A stretch of DNA of 64,000 bases from assembly GCF_018350175.1 (NCBI RefSeq), contig NC_058368.1, forward strand, positions 132,434,001-132,498,000. The letters run 5' to 3'. The translations under genes and the position numbers were made by a program. Each line of letters opens with the position of its first letter. Position 1 is the stretch's first letter. The notes beneath the pieces are model-generated. The model was not told the DNA's origin and searched no databases. It saw nothing but the letters and a program-made list of their open reading frames with translations. The DNA comes from Felis catus. Lineage: Eukaryota. Shown here in pieces: positions 53,444 through 64,000 of the stretch.

Positions 53444-53500
53444 TATAGTGTTGTATAAGGCCAACTATATAGTGTTGTATATGAATTATACCTCAGTTTT

Positions 53501-53719
53501 TTTTTAATTTTTTTTCAACGTTTATTTTATTTTTGGGACAGAGAGAGACAGAGCATGAACGGGGTAGGGGCAGAGAGAGAGGGAGACACAGAATCGGAAA
53601 CAGGCTCCAGGCTCCGAGTCATCAGCCCAGAGCCCGACGCGGGGCTCGAACTCACGGACCGCGAGATCGTGACCTGGCTGAAGTCGGACGCTTAACCGAC
53701 TGCGCCACCCAGGCGCCCC
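53501..53719 (-). mobile_element. Young feline CanSINE with perfect TSD
   Basis: TSD tatacctcagtttt at 53487-53500 and 53720-53733. Confidence 0.95.
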
Positions 53720-53799
53720 TATACCTCAGTTTTAAAAGAGGGGGGAAGGCAGTAAACGTTATGTGGTTTTTACCATAACAAGTTTTTCTTTCTTTCTTT

Positions 53800-53834
<35 letters not shown>

Positions 53835-54362
53835 AAGAAGAGAGCTGTCGAGAAGGCGGCTAAGACATGAAAGCGCAGACCAGGACGATGGCAGCAGGGG
53901 GAATGATCCTACCATGTACCCTTGGGTTTCTTGGCCTGCCTAGTTGGTTCTTTCTCTCTCTTTCCTTCGTTCTCTCTCTCTCCCTCTCCCTCTCCCTCTC
54001 CCTCTCCCTCTCCCTCCCTAAGAAAACAGTAAGAAGCGCCCACCACCTCTTTCTCGTTTGGGAGAATCAAGAAACTCAGGGAAGAAAACAGTTCCGTCAG
54101 CACCTGAAGGGAGGCCCTCAAGTTAGATAGTTCCCTCAGTTCCCTGCCCCTCTGTCATTTCCCTCTAACCCGCTGGGTTCTAGAGCGGGAGAAGAGCGGG
54201 TCACAGGGACTGGCGGGACGTCCGGTATCCAGTTCCCGTGAGCTTCAGGGTCCCACCATCGGCGCTACAGTTCCGTACCTGGGAGCCTTCCAAGTGTCTA
54301 CCGTTAAGGCGCTCTCCCTTACCCACCTCTTAACCACCACACAGCCACGGACTGCAGGCCAC

Positions 54363-54420
54363 CTCAGCCTGGCTCAGACAGGACTTCCCGGCCTAGGGCC
54401 CCGAGCGCGCGCTGCTTGCT
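54363..54420 (-). other. CENPK: Probable non-coding exon 1 of CENPK
   Basis: Minus-strand donor GCTGAG|GTGGCC at 54363/54362 adjacent to the CCAAT boxes; alternative donors end at 54323 (GTAAGG) and 54279 (GTACGG). 5' end uncertain. Confidence 0.55.
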
Positions 54421-54550
54421 GATTGGATCTGCTCCTACGCACCCCAGCCAATCCCGAAACTCGCTCTGCCACTGACGTGCAGGCCGCGCCGGTTTGCGGA
54501 TTGGTAGGGGAGCTGTGTCGTGTCGCGCCTTGTTTGACAACTCTGGCAAT

Positions 54551-54746
54551 ATGGCGTCGGAAGGTGGTAGCGATTCACAGCTGAGAAGAAGAAGGCGCCG
54601 GGACACGGGGGAGCCGGAAAAAACAGAACTCGGCGAAAGAGAGCTGACAGTGGTTGTGGCTGTGGCCCAAGAGAACGAAGAGGAAAATGAAGAGCGCTGG
54701 GTTGGGCCCTTACCTGTAGAGGCGACATTGGCCAAGAAGAGGAAAG
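54551..54746 (+). CDS. PPWD1: Peptidylprolyl isomerase domain and WD repeat-containing protein 1, exon 1
   Basis: [18 protein letters not shown]...[19 protein letters not shown], donor AAAG|GTAGCT, 196 bp, phase 1. Confidence 0.97.
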
Positions 54747-57700
54747 GTAGCTACAGCGATAGACACAGGGCGAGTTGGAATCTGCGTCCCCAGACTGGGA
54801 AATTTCAAACCAGACTCAAAAATCAGATGGTGTGTGCTTGCGGGGTTTTCTGCCCTCAGAACAGAGGGTCAGCTTCTGTTTTCTGGTCATTCTCTACTAG
54901 CACGTTCTCCCCGAAATAATGATTTGGGCTGAATACAGCGTCTTTTTGCTACTATCTAACAATGTTAGTCACAGATGTGTTATAGGAACGTGTTCTAATA
55001 GATGCTAAAGCTAACTTATACTACTACCTATTATGTGCTAAGCGCCTCTCATTTAACCCCTATAGCGGGCGCATTAGGTTGGAATTTCTGTCTCCGGTTT
55101 ATTAAACGTCAGTGTCCAATTCTCTTGAAAGCTTTTATTTCAGGAGTGCACTTAGTCTCTTGGGGCACGCGGGGACCGAGGGCGAGATGGCGGTGCCTAT
55201 TTAGAATCGTAAAGAGTAGGTAAAGATCATTTTAATCCTGTCTCTTCCAATAATGAGTTTCTGACCTAGGAAAGTTACAGAAGTTTACTGGATAACAAAT
55301 TTTTCGTCTAAAACCCGCGGACTGTGGTTTTCAAACCACACGCAGGAGATGCCAAGGCTTGAAGTATTTTCCAACTTTCGTGGAATAGTGACCAAGTTTG
55401 ATTAAATAAAAAGGGTAGGGAAGGAAGTTAAGTTTTTCTTATTTTCAAAAGTTGTTCTATAAAATGTCTTCCTTGGTGTAAAACCATTAAAATACGATTT
55501 TTCTGAAAGGTCAAATCTTACTTTATCACTCCCTCTGCTTCAAACTCTTCAGTGATTTCTCATTTTAAAAACAAAGGCCAAACTCGGTATCATGGCATAC
55601 AAGTTCCTTCACGATGTGATCTCTCCTTACCTCACCAGCACATTTCCATTGCTTCTGTTTCCTAACCCTGTCTTCCTTAGGCTGTACTCTAGCCATATTA
55701 AAACACTTGAGAATGGGGTATGCTCTTTTTCTTCTTTGGATGCCTGCCAGGGTATGGTGTATACCTGAAATAATTTCCCACACTCCTTTTCCGGTGGCTA
55801 ACTGTTGTCCAACTTGAGCACTCACCTCCAACTATCGCCTCCTCTGGGAAGCCTGTCGTTTCTCCAGTGGGCTGGGTTTCTAAAGAACATTGATCATAGC
55901 TCCGAGGTAATTTTGAACACCTGAGTTTACAGGTAGCTTTCAAATTTTATGTATCCAAATTTTGAAGAAGCTACTTTTTTGAACATTGTACATTGACACC
56001 CATAAAGTGTTATCTTTTTTACAGTTAGGTCTTTCTGTTAAATGTTTCCATAGCAACTTCTTCATTGCACTTGCTGCATTTTATAATTGTATATTAAGTC
56101 TGTGATCGATTAATATTTGTCACCACTGCTAAGACTGTAAGCTTAGAAGAGCAAAGACCATGACTGCTTTGCTCCACTGCTTTGCATGTAGCAAGTGTTC
56201 AATAAGTATTTATTGAATGAATGAATATTACAAAGTTAATGCTCTTATAGTTGTAATAGAATATGTTTGCATATCCTTTTTTATGGAAACATAAAAAATA
56301 TCAAAGTGCTGATATTAGTATTAAGAGACAAAAATCTTACAAACTTAATACAATTGAGACAGATACAGCAATAATTAGGTGTGAAAATGTTTATAATTAA
56401 GTAGATGCTTATTGTATTTAAGCCAGTCAATAGTGTATTCAGTTTGAAGAAAAAAACTGAAATTTATAATTTTTTAATGTTTCTTTATTTTTGAGAGAGT
56501 GGGGGAGGGGCATAGAGAGATGGAGACCCAGAATCCAAAGCAGGCTCCAGCCTCTGAGCTGTCAGCAGAGAGCCTGATGTGCTTGAATGTACTCACTGTG
56601 AGATCATGACCTGAGCCAAAGTCAGATGCTTAACTGACTGAGCCACACAGGCACCCTGAAAAAAACTGAAATTTAAAAACGTGTCTGAAATGTTAGGGGC
56701 ACCTGGATGGCTTGGTCGGTTGGGCGTTCAACTTCGGCTCAGGTAATGATCTTGCAGTTTGTGAGTTCGAGCCCCACATCGGGCTCTGTGCTAACAGCTC
56801 AGAGCCTGGAGCCTCATTCAAATTCTGTGTCTCCTCCTCTCTCTGCCCCTTCCATGCTCATGCTCTGCCTGTCTCTATCTCTCAATAATAAACATTAAAA
56901 AAATTTTTTTAAATAATTAAAAATTAAAAAATAAAAACATGTATGAAATGTTAGAAAAATAATCATTGAAGATTTTGTCTAAAAAGGAGTTTGAGGCAAC
57001 TGGCTAGCTCAGTCACTAGAGCATAATAAAATTTATTAATTTAAAAAAAATTTTTTTTAATGTCTATTTTTGAGGCAGAGAGAGAGACAGACCAATCGTG
57101 AATGGGGGAGAGAGAGAGGAAGACAGAATTTGAAGCAGGCTGCAGGCTCTGAGCTGTCAGCAGAGAGCCCACCGTGAGGATTGAGCTCACAAACTGCGAA
57201 ATCCTGACCCAAGTGAGATCATGCCCCAAGCCGAAGTAGGATGCTTAACCGACTGAGCCATTGAGGCGCCATTGCAAAAAATTTTTTAATAAAAAGATGG
57301 GAGTGTGACATGCGTTTAGCTTTCTAGAAAAAGAGCTATCCTCTTTAACATGTTCTTTGGACGCTAGACTTTTCTATGCATTTTCAGAAAGACATTATAA
57401 ATTGTTATATGACACTACCTTTAAGTAACCAAATGGTTTCTCAAAGGTAGGAACTATGTGTTCCACTTTTTATGTCCATGTGCCTTATAACCTATTTTGT
57501 TTTCAGTAAATACCTGCTCAAGTAAACTAACAAACAGCAAAAGGAATGTGTATCAGTATTATATTAGCTGCATAAAAGAAGTCCCAAAGTAAACAGTCTA
57601 GGATTGGTATGGAGGCTTCAAAGGGACCTAGGCTTTTTCCAGTTTTCTGCCCTAACATCACTAAGGTATGGCCCTCGTCTTTGTCCTGAGTGGTTATTAG

Positions 57701-59215
57701 AATCAGTTCTCTTACCCCAGATCCCAAGTATAGGACTGAGAAAGGGAATAATGGAATACTTTTTGAAGGAGACTTCTTGATTGTCACATAACACTTACAC
57801 TTCTATTTCATTGGCACATGGTCACACCTAACTCTGGAGAAGATGAGAAAGGTCGTCTTATAGCTGACTGTCATTTTGCACATATAAAAATGGTGGTTCT
57901 GTTATTAAAAATGAAGGGAAAGGAGTTCATTGGGCACAGGTTTGACTCTGCTATACAATAGTTATGAAAAACTATGAAACATCTCTATGTTTAATGTAGG
58001 AAATTTTTTTTTTAATTTTTTTTATGTTTATTTATTTCTGAGACAGAGAGCATGAGCAGGGGAGGGACAGAGAGAGACAGAGACACAGAATCCGAAGCAG
58101 GCTCCAGGCTCTGAGCTGTCAGCACAGAGCCTGACGTGGGGCTCGAACTCACAAACCGTGAGATCATGACCTGAGCCGAAGTCAGTCGCTCAACCGACTG
58201 AGCCACCCAGGAGCCCTGGAAATTTTTTTTTGAGAGAGATCATGTGTGCTTTCAGAGGGAGAGAGAATCCCAGGCAGGCTCCACACTCATTGTGGAGCTG
58301 AATGTGGAGCTCAATCCCACAACTGTGAGATCATGACCTGAGCTAAAATCAAGAGTTGGTCACTTAGCCAACTGAGCTACCCAGGCTCCACTCTAGCAAC
58401 TTTTTATAGGCATGTTTGGCCTTTGTTGGATTATTTTATTAGATACACATATAATGTCAATTTTTGCTAGTAATATGGTTCATAGATCTTGTAACAAAAT
58501 ATCTCCTCAGATTAGCATTTTTTGAAATGTTTTGCCCTTGGAAAAAGTTGAGAAATCCAGGGTTTTCTCAGCTCTAAAAATCTATTTAGTATTTTATCAT
58601 GTTTATCTGCTTCAACCCCACTACTAGTGACCTCAAAGAGGCTTAGTGTCTTAAAGATAAACACCCATAGGTGGCCACTGGTCTCTTGTTAATTATTTAA
58701 ATTAGAACTAATAATTGGCTTTACTAATGGTTAGAAAGATGTTTGTGATACTTTCATGAAACTTTTTAAGGTTTTGGTTTGTTTTTGTTTTTTTCAATGT
58801 TTATTTGTTTTTGAGAGAGAGGGACAGCACAAGTGGGGGAGGGACAGAGAGAGAAAGGAAGATACAGAACCTGAAGCAGGCTCCAGGCTCTGAGCTGTCA
58901 GCTCAGAGTCCAACATGAAGCTCAAACCCACCATCTGTGAGATCATGACCTGAGACGAAGTTGGACACTTAACCGACTGAGCCACCCAGGAACCCCAAAG
59001 TTTTTCTTTTTTAATGGAACCTTAATATTAAGCCAGAATCGCTCAGTTAAGTTCTGAGGGCAGTTAAGCATCTATACAATACCTGAGACCTGTCATGACT
59101 AAATAATAACAGTGCTGTTCACTACTATGAAATACATAACAGACTGGATTTTTTTTTCATTACGTGTGAATTGAGAGAAATGTAATAAGATATAGAAGAA
59201 AATAGAAAATAGAAT

Positions 59216-59508
59216 TTTTTTTTTTGAGAGCAAGGGAGGGGCAGAAGGAGAGAAGGAGGGGCAGAGGGAGACAGAGAGAGAAGTGGGACTCACCCAAAGT
59301 GGGCCTCGTGTTAACCCGAAGTGGGGTTCACGTTCACCCGAAGTGGGCATAAGCTCACCCAAAGCAGTGCTCAAGCTCACCCGAAGAGGGCTTCTGTTCC
59401 CTCGAAGCAGAGCTTGAGCTCACCTAATATGGGACTCGAACTCATGAACCGTGAGATCATGACCTGAGCCAAAGTCAGATGCTTAACGACTGAGCCACCC
59501 AGGTGCCC
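59216..59508 (-). mobile_element. CanSINE variant with internal 21-22 bp tandem array
   Basis: SINE head at 59508, array at 59281-59447, TSD agaaaatagaat at 59204-59215 and 59512-59523. Confidence 0.9.
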
Positions 59509-59603
59509 AACAGAAAATAGAATGTAGAAAACTCTTACAGAAAATGCAAAATAGTATATAGTTGCAGTTTAAAATAAATTTTTCTTTACCTTTTTTCCCT
59601 CAG

Positions 59604-59706
59604 TTCTAGAGTTTGAAAGAGTCTATCTTGAAAATCTCCCCAGTGCATCTATGTATGAGCGCAGTTACATGCATAGAGATGTTATCACCCATGTGGTATG
59701 CACCAA
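59604..59706 (+). CDS. PPWD1: PPWD1 exon 2
   Basis: 103 bp, (V)[33 protein letters not shown](K), CAG/GTAAGT. Confidence 0.98.
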
Positions 59707-60410
59707 GTAAGTCTCACACATCTTTTTTTGTTTTTTTTCTGAAAAATTTATTTTATAAAGATGCTTCAGTTTTGAAGATGATTTGTAAAAGTATCTTTAG
59801 GATACCATGGATTTCTATTTAATGCCACCGATTCTATAATAATTTCAGTTAAATGAAGTCCTACATATTCTTTCCAATTTCCTACAAGGAATGCATTCAA
59901 GGTAATATCAATACCGTAGGTATTCAGATGGTTTCTATTTTTATACACCTTAAAGGGGAGACTATTCTGTACAAAATCATTCTAATACTTAACAAGACAC
60001 CTTGGATACGATACAAAACAAATGTGCATTGGTTATTTATCACCTTTTGAAGATGAGTACGTTTTCCATGTGAAAAGACTGCCTCCAGGGTGATTTTACG
60101 ATTAAAGGGCTGTAAGGTCTACTGAAATTCCTGGTGAAATTTCTTTTTTTTTAATGTCAACTCCTAGCACAACTCTGATCCTAGCTCTTGGGGTTAAAGT
60201 TAGTGCCACATCAACTATTATGATATCCAGGAAAGAACTACAAAATTTGCCATTTTCTATCTACCCTCATATGGTGGTCTTTATAAAGAAAGCTTAAAAT
60301 AAAAATATTTTGAAAGCGCCAAAGATTCTCAGTGAATGATTGCTTTTGGGGTTACTGAATAACTCATAGATCTGCTTTACAAATTAACTTTTACAATTTT
60401 ATGTATGCAG

Positions 60411-60511
60411 GACAGACTTTATTATTACTGCCAGTCATGATGGACATGTTAAGTTCTGGAAAAAAATAGAAGAGGGAATTGAATTTGTTAAACATTTTCG
60501 TAGTCACCTGG
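60411..60511 (+). CDS. PPWD1: PPWD1 exon 3
   Basis: 101 bp, [33 protein letters not shown] (WD40 repeat), CAG/GTAAGA. Confidence 0.98.
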
Positions 60512-60651
60512 GTAAGAATTTCACTGTGTGTGTGTGTGTGAGTCTTAAATTGTATTGGTTAAAGTTCCTTTTAAAATGTTTTTTTTTTCCTTTGAATCAT
60601 GCATATTTGTTTCATTGGTATTTACTAGAATGTTTTGATTTATTTAAATAG

Positions 60652-60772
60652 GAGTTATTGAGAGTATTGCAGTTAGCTCTGAGGGAGCATTGTTCTGTTC
60701 TGTGGGTGATGATAAAGCAATGAAGGTGTTTGATGTAGTGAACTTTGACATGATCAATATGCTGAAGCTTGG
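60652..60772 (+). CDS. PPWD1: PPWD1 exon 4
   Basis: 121 bp, (G)[39 protein letters not shown](G), TAG/GTGAGT. Confidence 0.98.
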
Positions 60773-61335
60773 GTGAGTCTTTTTTAAAGTATATACTTTT
60801 TAACTTAGTGAAATAATTTTTAAACTGTCACCATTTTGTAGATATTTCTAAACAGAATGTATTGCCATTGCCAGCTGTGCTTTTGAATTTTGCTTAGGAA
60901 AAGTAGATAGGAATCCTTGTTATGATGCTCTTTGGAGGCTTCTGCTGTTTTTATTGTTGTTGTTGTTAATCACAGCAGAAATTTTTAAATAGCATCATCA
61001 CAAGGATTCATTATATCCATTTAACATTACTTAATAAAATAATGAGGATCCATCATGTCTAATTTGCTGGTACTTAGAATTAACTTCCTTGCTTTGCTTA
61101 TTTCAGTAATATGTATTATGTCTTATAAGGCTTATGTACATTTTGGAATTGAGGTGATTCGTTGGTAACTTTAAACTTTAAAGTATATTGATATCCACAC
61201 CATGTGGTTGAACTACAGAAATGAGATGAATTCTTTGTTTTAAGCATGTCTTTCTTAAGATATCATACTGAATTTATATACGTCTAAATGAATGTCACCT
61301 TGAAAATCTAGCATTGTCAAAAATAGTCTTAGGAC

Positions 61336-61649
61336 TTGTCTTAGTTCAGACTGCCATTGCAAAAGACCATAGGCTGAGTGGCTTAACCAAAGGAAATTTA
61401 TTTTCTCAGAGTTCCGGAGGCTGGAAAGTGCAAGACCAGGATTCCAGTAGGGTTTGATTTGTGGTGAGGGCTCTCTTTGGGGACAGGATGAAAGGAGGAA
61501 TGGTATCTTCCTCTTTCCTTCTGTGGGATTAGGGCCCCACATTTATGACATCATTCAACCTTAATTACATCCTAATTATCTCCAGATCAATCACCTTGGG
61601 TAACTGCAACATATGAATGGTGGGGGGACAAGAACAACAGCTCATTACA
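61336..61649 (-). mobile_element. MaLR (MLT1A-like) LTR
   Basis: 'tgtcttagttcagactgccat...ccataggctgagtggctta...aaatttattttctcagagttccggaggctgg'. Confidence 0.88.
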
Positions 61650-62566
61650 TAGCAGTACTTCTTTTGGAATTTCCTTCAAAACCAGTTGATGAGCCACTAA
61701 AGGATATTAGTCTCATTACTTATGGTCAGAACTTATTTTTTACTACAAATAGAAATATATATTGGTTATCTTGTCTTATTCCCTGCTTTGTTTACCTACA
61801 CTTTAGCTGTTTTTACAAATTAAATCTATTCATAAATGTTGAACCTCTGCCACCTTTGGGGATATTATTTAAGTTTTGGTAGAAATTCTAAAAGAAGAGT
61901 TCCAGAAGTTTTGAGCATCAGCACCAACATTGGAATAACTGTGTAACTTCTTTAACTGACTGCTTATAAGGAGACAACACTCATTTGAGTGTGTAAGTTT
62001 GGTATTTTGGTTAAATCTGTCCCAGGTTAAATCTGTCCCAGTTCTTTTGTACTTTATCAGGTAGCATGTTCAAACTTTATAGTTGTAAGATTAAGTCACT
62101 AGTAATGAAAATGTGATATCCAAATGTTTTCCTTTTGATCATAGTCGTAACTAAAATATTTTGATTTTAAACATTTCAAGAATGAGTTTATCAAGTATAC
62201 TGTTAGATAGGAACCTATTTAAAAATAAGTTAAAAATAGACTGAGACCTAGAGATCCAAAAGGCAATGCCCTGGAATATTTTAAGGCCCTGGTCTGATTA
62301 GGTTTTCTTATCTATCCAAGAGAAGTAAATGATCTGCTGTAGGAAGTTTTCTATGTGGTCTGATAAATCCTCAGAAGTTATTACCATTAGATTAATGAGG
62401 TCAGAAAGGGAAAATTAGTTGTTCCTCCCCAGTTTCTATTTCTGCTACTTTAGAGCAAGGAATCCAAAACTAACTAAATCATTGGCCAGGACATTGTTTT
62501 GGTGGTGAGAGTGGATAAGGATGCTTACTTGTTGTATTAACTTCTTTTTTCCCCTCACTATTTTAG

Positions 62567-63014
62567 CTATTTTCCTGGACAATGTGAGTGGATCTATTGC
62601 CCAGGGGATGCCATATCTTCAGTTGCTGCTTCTGAGAAGAGCACAGGAAAAATTTTCATTTATGATGGTCGAGGAGATAACCAGCCGCTTCATATTTTTG
62701 ACAAGCTCCATACATCACCTCTTACTCAGATACGGCTGAATGCAGTTTATAAAGCAATAGTGTCTTCTGATAAATCTGGAATGATTGAATACTGGACTGG
62801 GCCTCCTCATGAATATAAGTTCCCCAAAAATGTGAACTGGGAATATAAAACTGACACCGATTTGTATGAGTTTGCCAAGTGCAAGGCTTATCCAACCAGC
62901 ATATGTTTTTCACCTGATGGGAAGAAAATAGCTACTATTGGTTCTGATAGAAAAGTTAGAATTTTCAGATTTTTAACTGGAAAACTCATGAGAGTCTTTG
63001 ATGAATCACTAAGT
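62567..63014 (+). CDS. PPWD1: PPWD1 exon 5 (gene continues beyond the window)
   Basis: 448 bp, [36 protein letters not shown]...[44 protein letters not shown]. Confidence 0.98.
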
Positions 63015-63379
63015 GTAAGTGCAATATAAATTTAATGGGAATATCCTTTTCTGACTGTCTTTATTTTGTGCAACTCCTAAAAGATATTTTTTCTGGATAT
63101 AGATATTTACATTGATGGTTATTTTCTCTTAGCACATTGAAGATATTATTGATCTGTCTGCTCTCTTGCAGTGTTCTTCAAAACTCTTTTCCCAGGGTTT
63201 ATGATGTGATATCTTCTGAGCCAATCATCCTTCTTTTGTGTGGCTTTTACTCTGTTCACTCCTGCCTATTCATATGACTACTCCCAAATTGATTTCTCCA
63301 TCTTACTATTGTGAACACACATGGTGCCATCTGTTTTGTTTTGTTTTGTTTTGTTTTGTTTTGTTTTGCTGTCTTCATG

Positions 63380-63960
63380 AATGGCACCAATATCCATTTA
63401 CTTGCATAAGCCACAAACCTGCGCCATCCTTAACTTTAACTCTTTTTCCTTACCCTCTATTTAATTCATCATGAATCCTGTCAATTTTAGTTTCTAAATA
63501 TGCTTAAAATCTATCCCTTTCTTTTCAGCATAGCTGTCAGTACCCTAGCTCATGATCTTTTGCCTGGACTGTCTCATGGCCTACTGCCTATATTCGGGCT
63601 TCCTCCTAATCAGTTATCCACACTGCATCCAGAGCAAAATTTTTAAGTGCATATTTGATCATTTCATTCTTTGAACCTTTTAGTGACTTCTTATTGTTCT
63701 TAGGATCAAGACCGAAGTCACAGCCTGCCTTATTGTGGCCTTTGCCTACCACTCTAGCCTACTGTCACTCACTTTTCTATCTGCCTCTTAACACTAGCCA
63801 TTTAGGCCTTATTTCAGTTTCTTGAACATGTCTTCCACCACAGGGCCTTTGCTTATGCTGTTCCTGCTGCCTGGTGTCACCCCTCCTCCGTTCTTTCCAT
63901 TACCTGTTGAACTTAAGCTTCAAATCTCATTTAAAGAGTCACTTCCTGTGGGAATTCACT
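63380..63960 (+). mobile_element. L2 LINE 3' fragment
   Basis: 'aatggcacca.tatcca...aagccacaaacctg', 'ttgcctggactg', 'cacagggcctttgc.tatgctgttcct.ctgcctgg'. Confidence 0.8.
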
Positions 63961-64000
63961 ATTTGTCTAACGTAGGACAACTTTTTTTTTTATGTGACTC

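Larger units (their letters stand above)
54150..54760. promoter_or_regulatory. CpG island / bidirectional CENPK-PPWD1 promoter
   Basis: High CpG density; CCAAT boxes at 54422-54426(-), 54448-54452(+) and 54500-54504(-); TGACGT at 54473-54478; YY1-like CAATATGGCGTC over the PPWD1 ATG; no TATA box. Confidence 0.9.
6548..59508. mobile_element. Roughly 50-60 dispersed CanSINE (SINEC_Fc-type) copies in both orientations (summary entry)
   Basis: Recurring 'ggggcgcctgggtggctcagtcggttaag...ctcaggtcatgatctc...gttcgagcccc...(CT)n...aataaa-polyA', e.g. 6880-7335(-, two copies), 9859-10065(+), 14887-15090(+), 21038-21262(+), 24415-24630(-), 24772-25000(+), 31413-31645(+), 34512-35614(-, four copies), 48941-49764(+, three copies), 56470-58996. 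These explain most 60-100 aa ORFs in the track. Confidence 0.95.

Noticed and set aside
54494..54550. TTG-initiated N-terminal extension of PPWD1
   Set aside because: It begins among the CCAAT boxes, likely upstream of the TSS; the recognised protein starts at ATG 54551.
54364..54735. Minus-strand ORFs of 123 and 97 aa over the promoter
   Set aside because: Antisense shadows of the GC-rich PPWD1 exon 1.
7034..58985. Many similar ORFs such as MAQSVKRPTSAQVMIS... and ...GRGRERGRHRI...
   Set aside because: They are translations of CanSINE copies, not a gene family.
59281..59447. CRISPR-like appearance of the 22-bp array
   Set aside because: The units are contiguous with no unique spacers, lie inside a TSD-bounded SINE, and the DNA is mammalian with no cas genes.

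Overview
Mammalian DNA, almost certainly felid, judged from abundant tRNA-derived CanSINE/SINEC_Fc-type elements and carnivore L1. The window holds the complete CENPK coding sequence on the minus strand: 9 coding exons (46706 to 18662), all GT-AG and phase-consistent, 273 aa. CENPK shares a compact CCAAT/CpG bidirectional promoter (~54150-54760) with PPWD1 on the plus strand, of which exons 1-5 are present and the rest runs off the window. The repeat-poor left end (~1-5400) is probably the promoter, non-coding first exon and intron 1 of ADAMTS6; this rests on recalled synteny only, as no ADAMTS6 codons are present. The remainder is SINE, L1, L2, MIR, MaLR, ERV-LTR and microsatellite. The most notable unexplained signal is a chain of short plus-strand, GT-AG-bounded, partly phase-compatible exon-like segments with scattered stops (5131-7990 and 16424-17500). 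It suggests an unannotated gene relic or spliced lncRNA between ADAMTS6 and CENPK, but this is inference. Other oddities: a 63-66 bp templated insertion inside a SINE, a SINE with a ~22-bp B-box array, a perfect 24-bp palindrome, and a near-consensus Sox-Oct site with uORFs in the putative ADAMTS6 leader. Coordinates of old repeats are approximate and family names come from recognition, not a database search.
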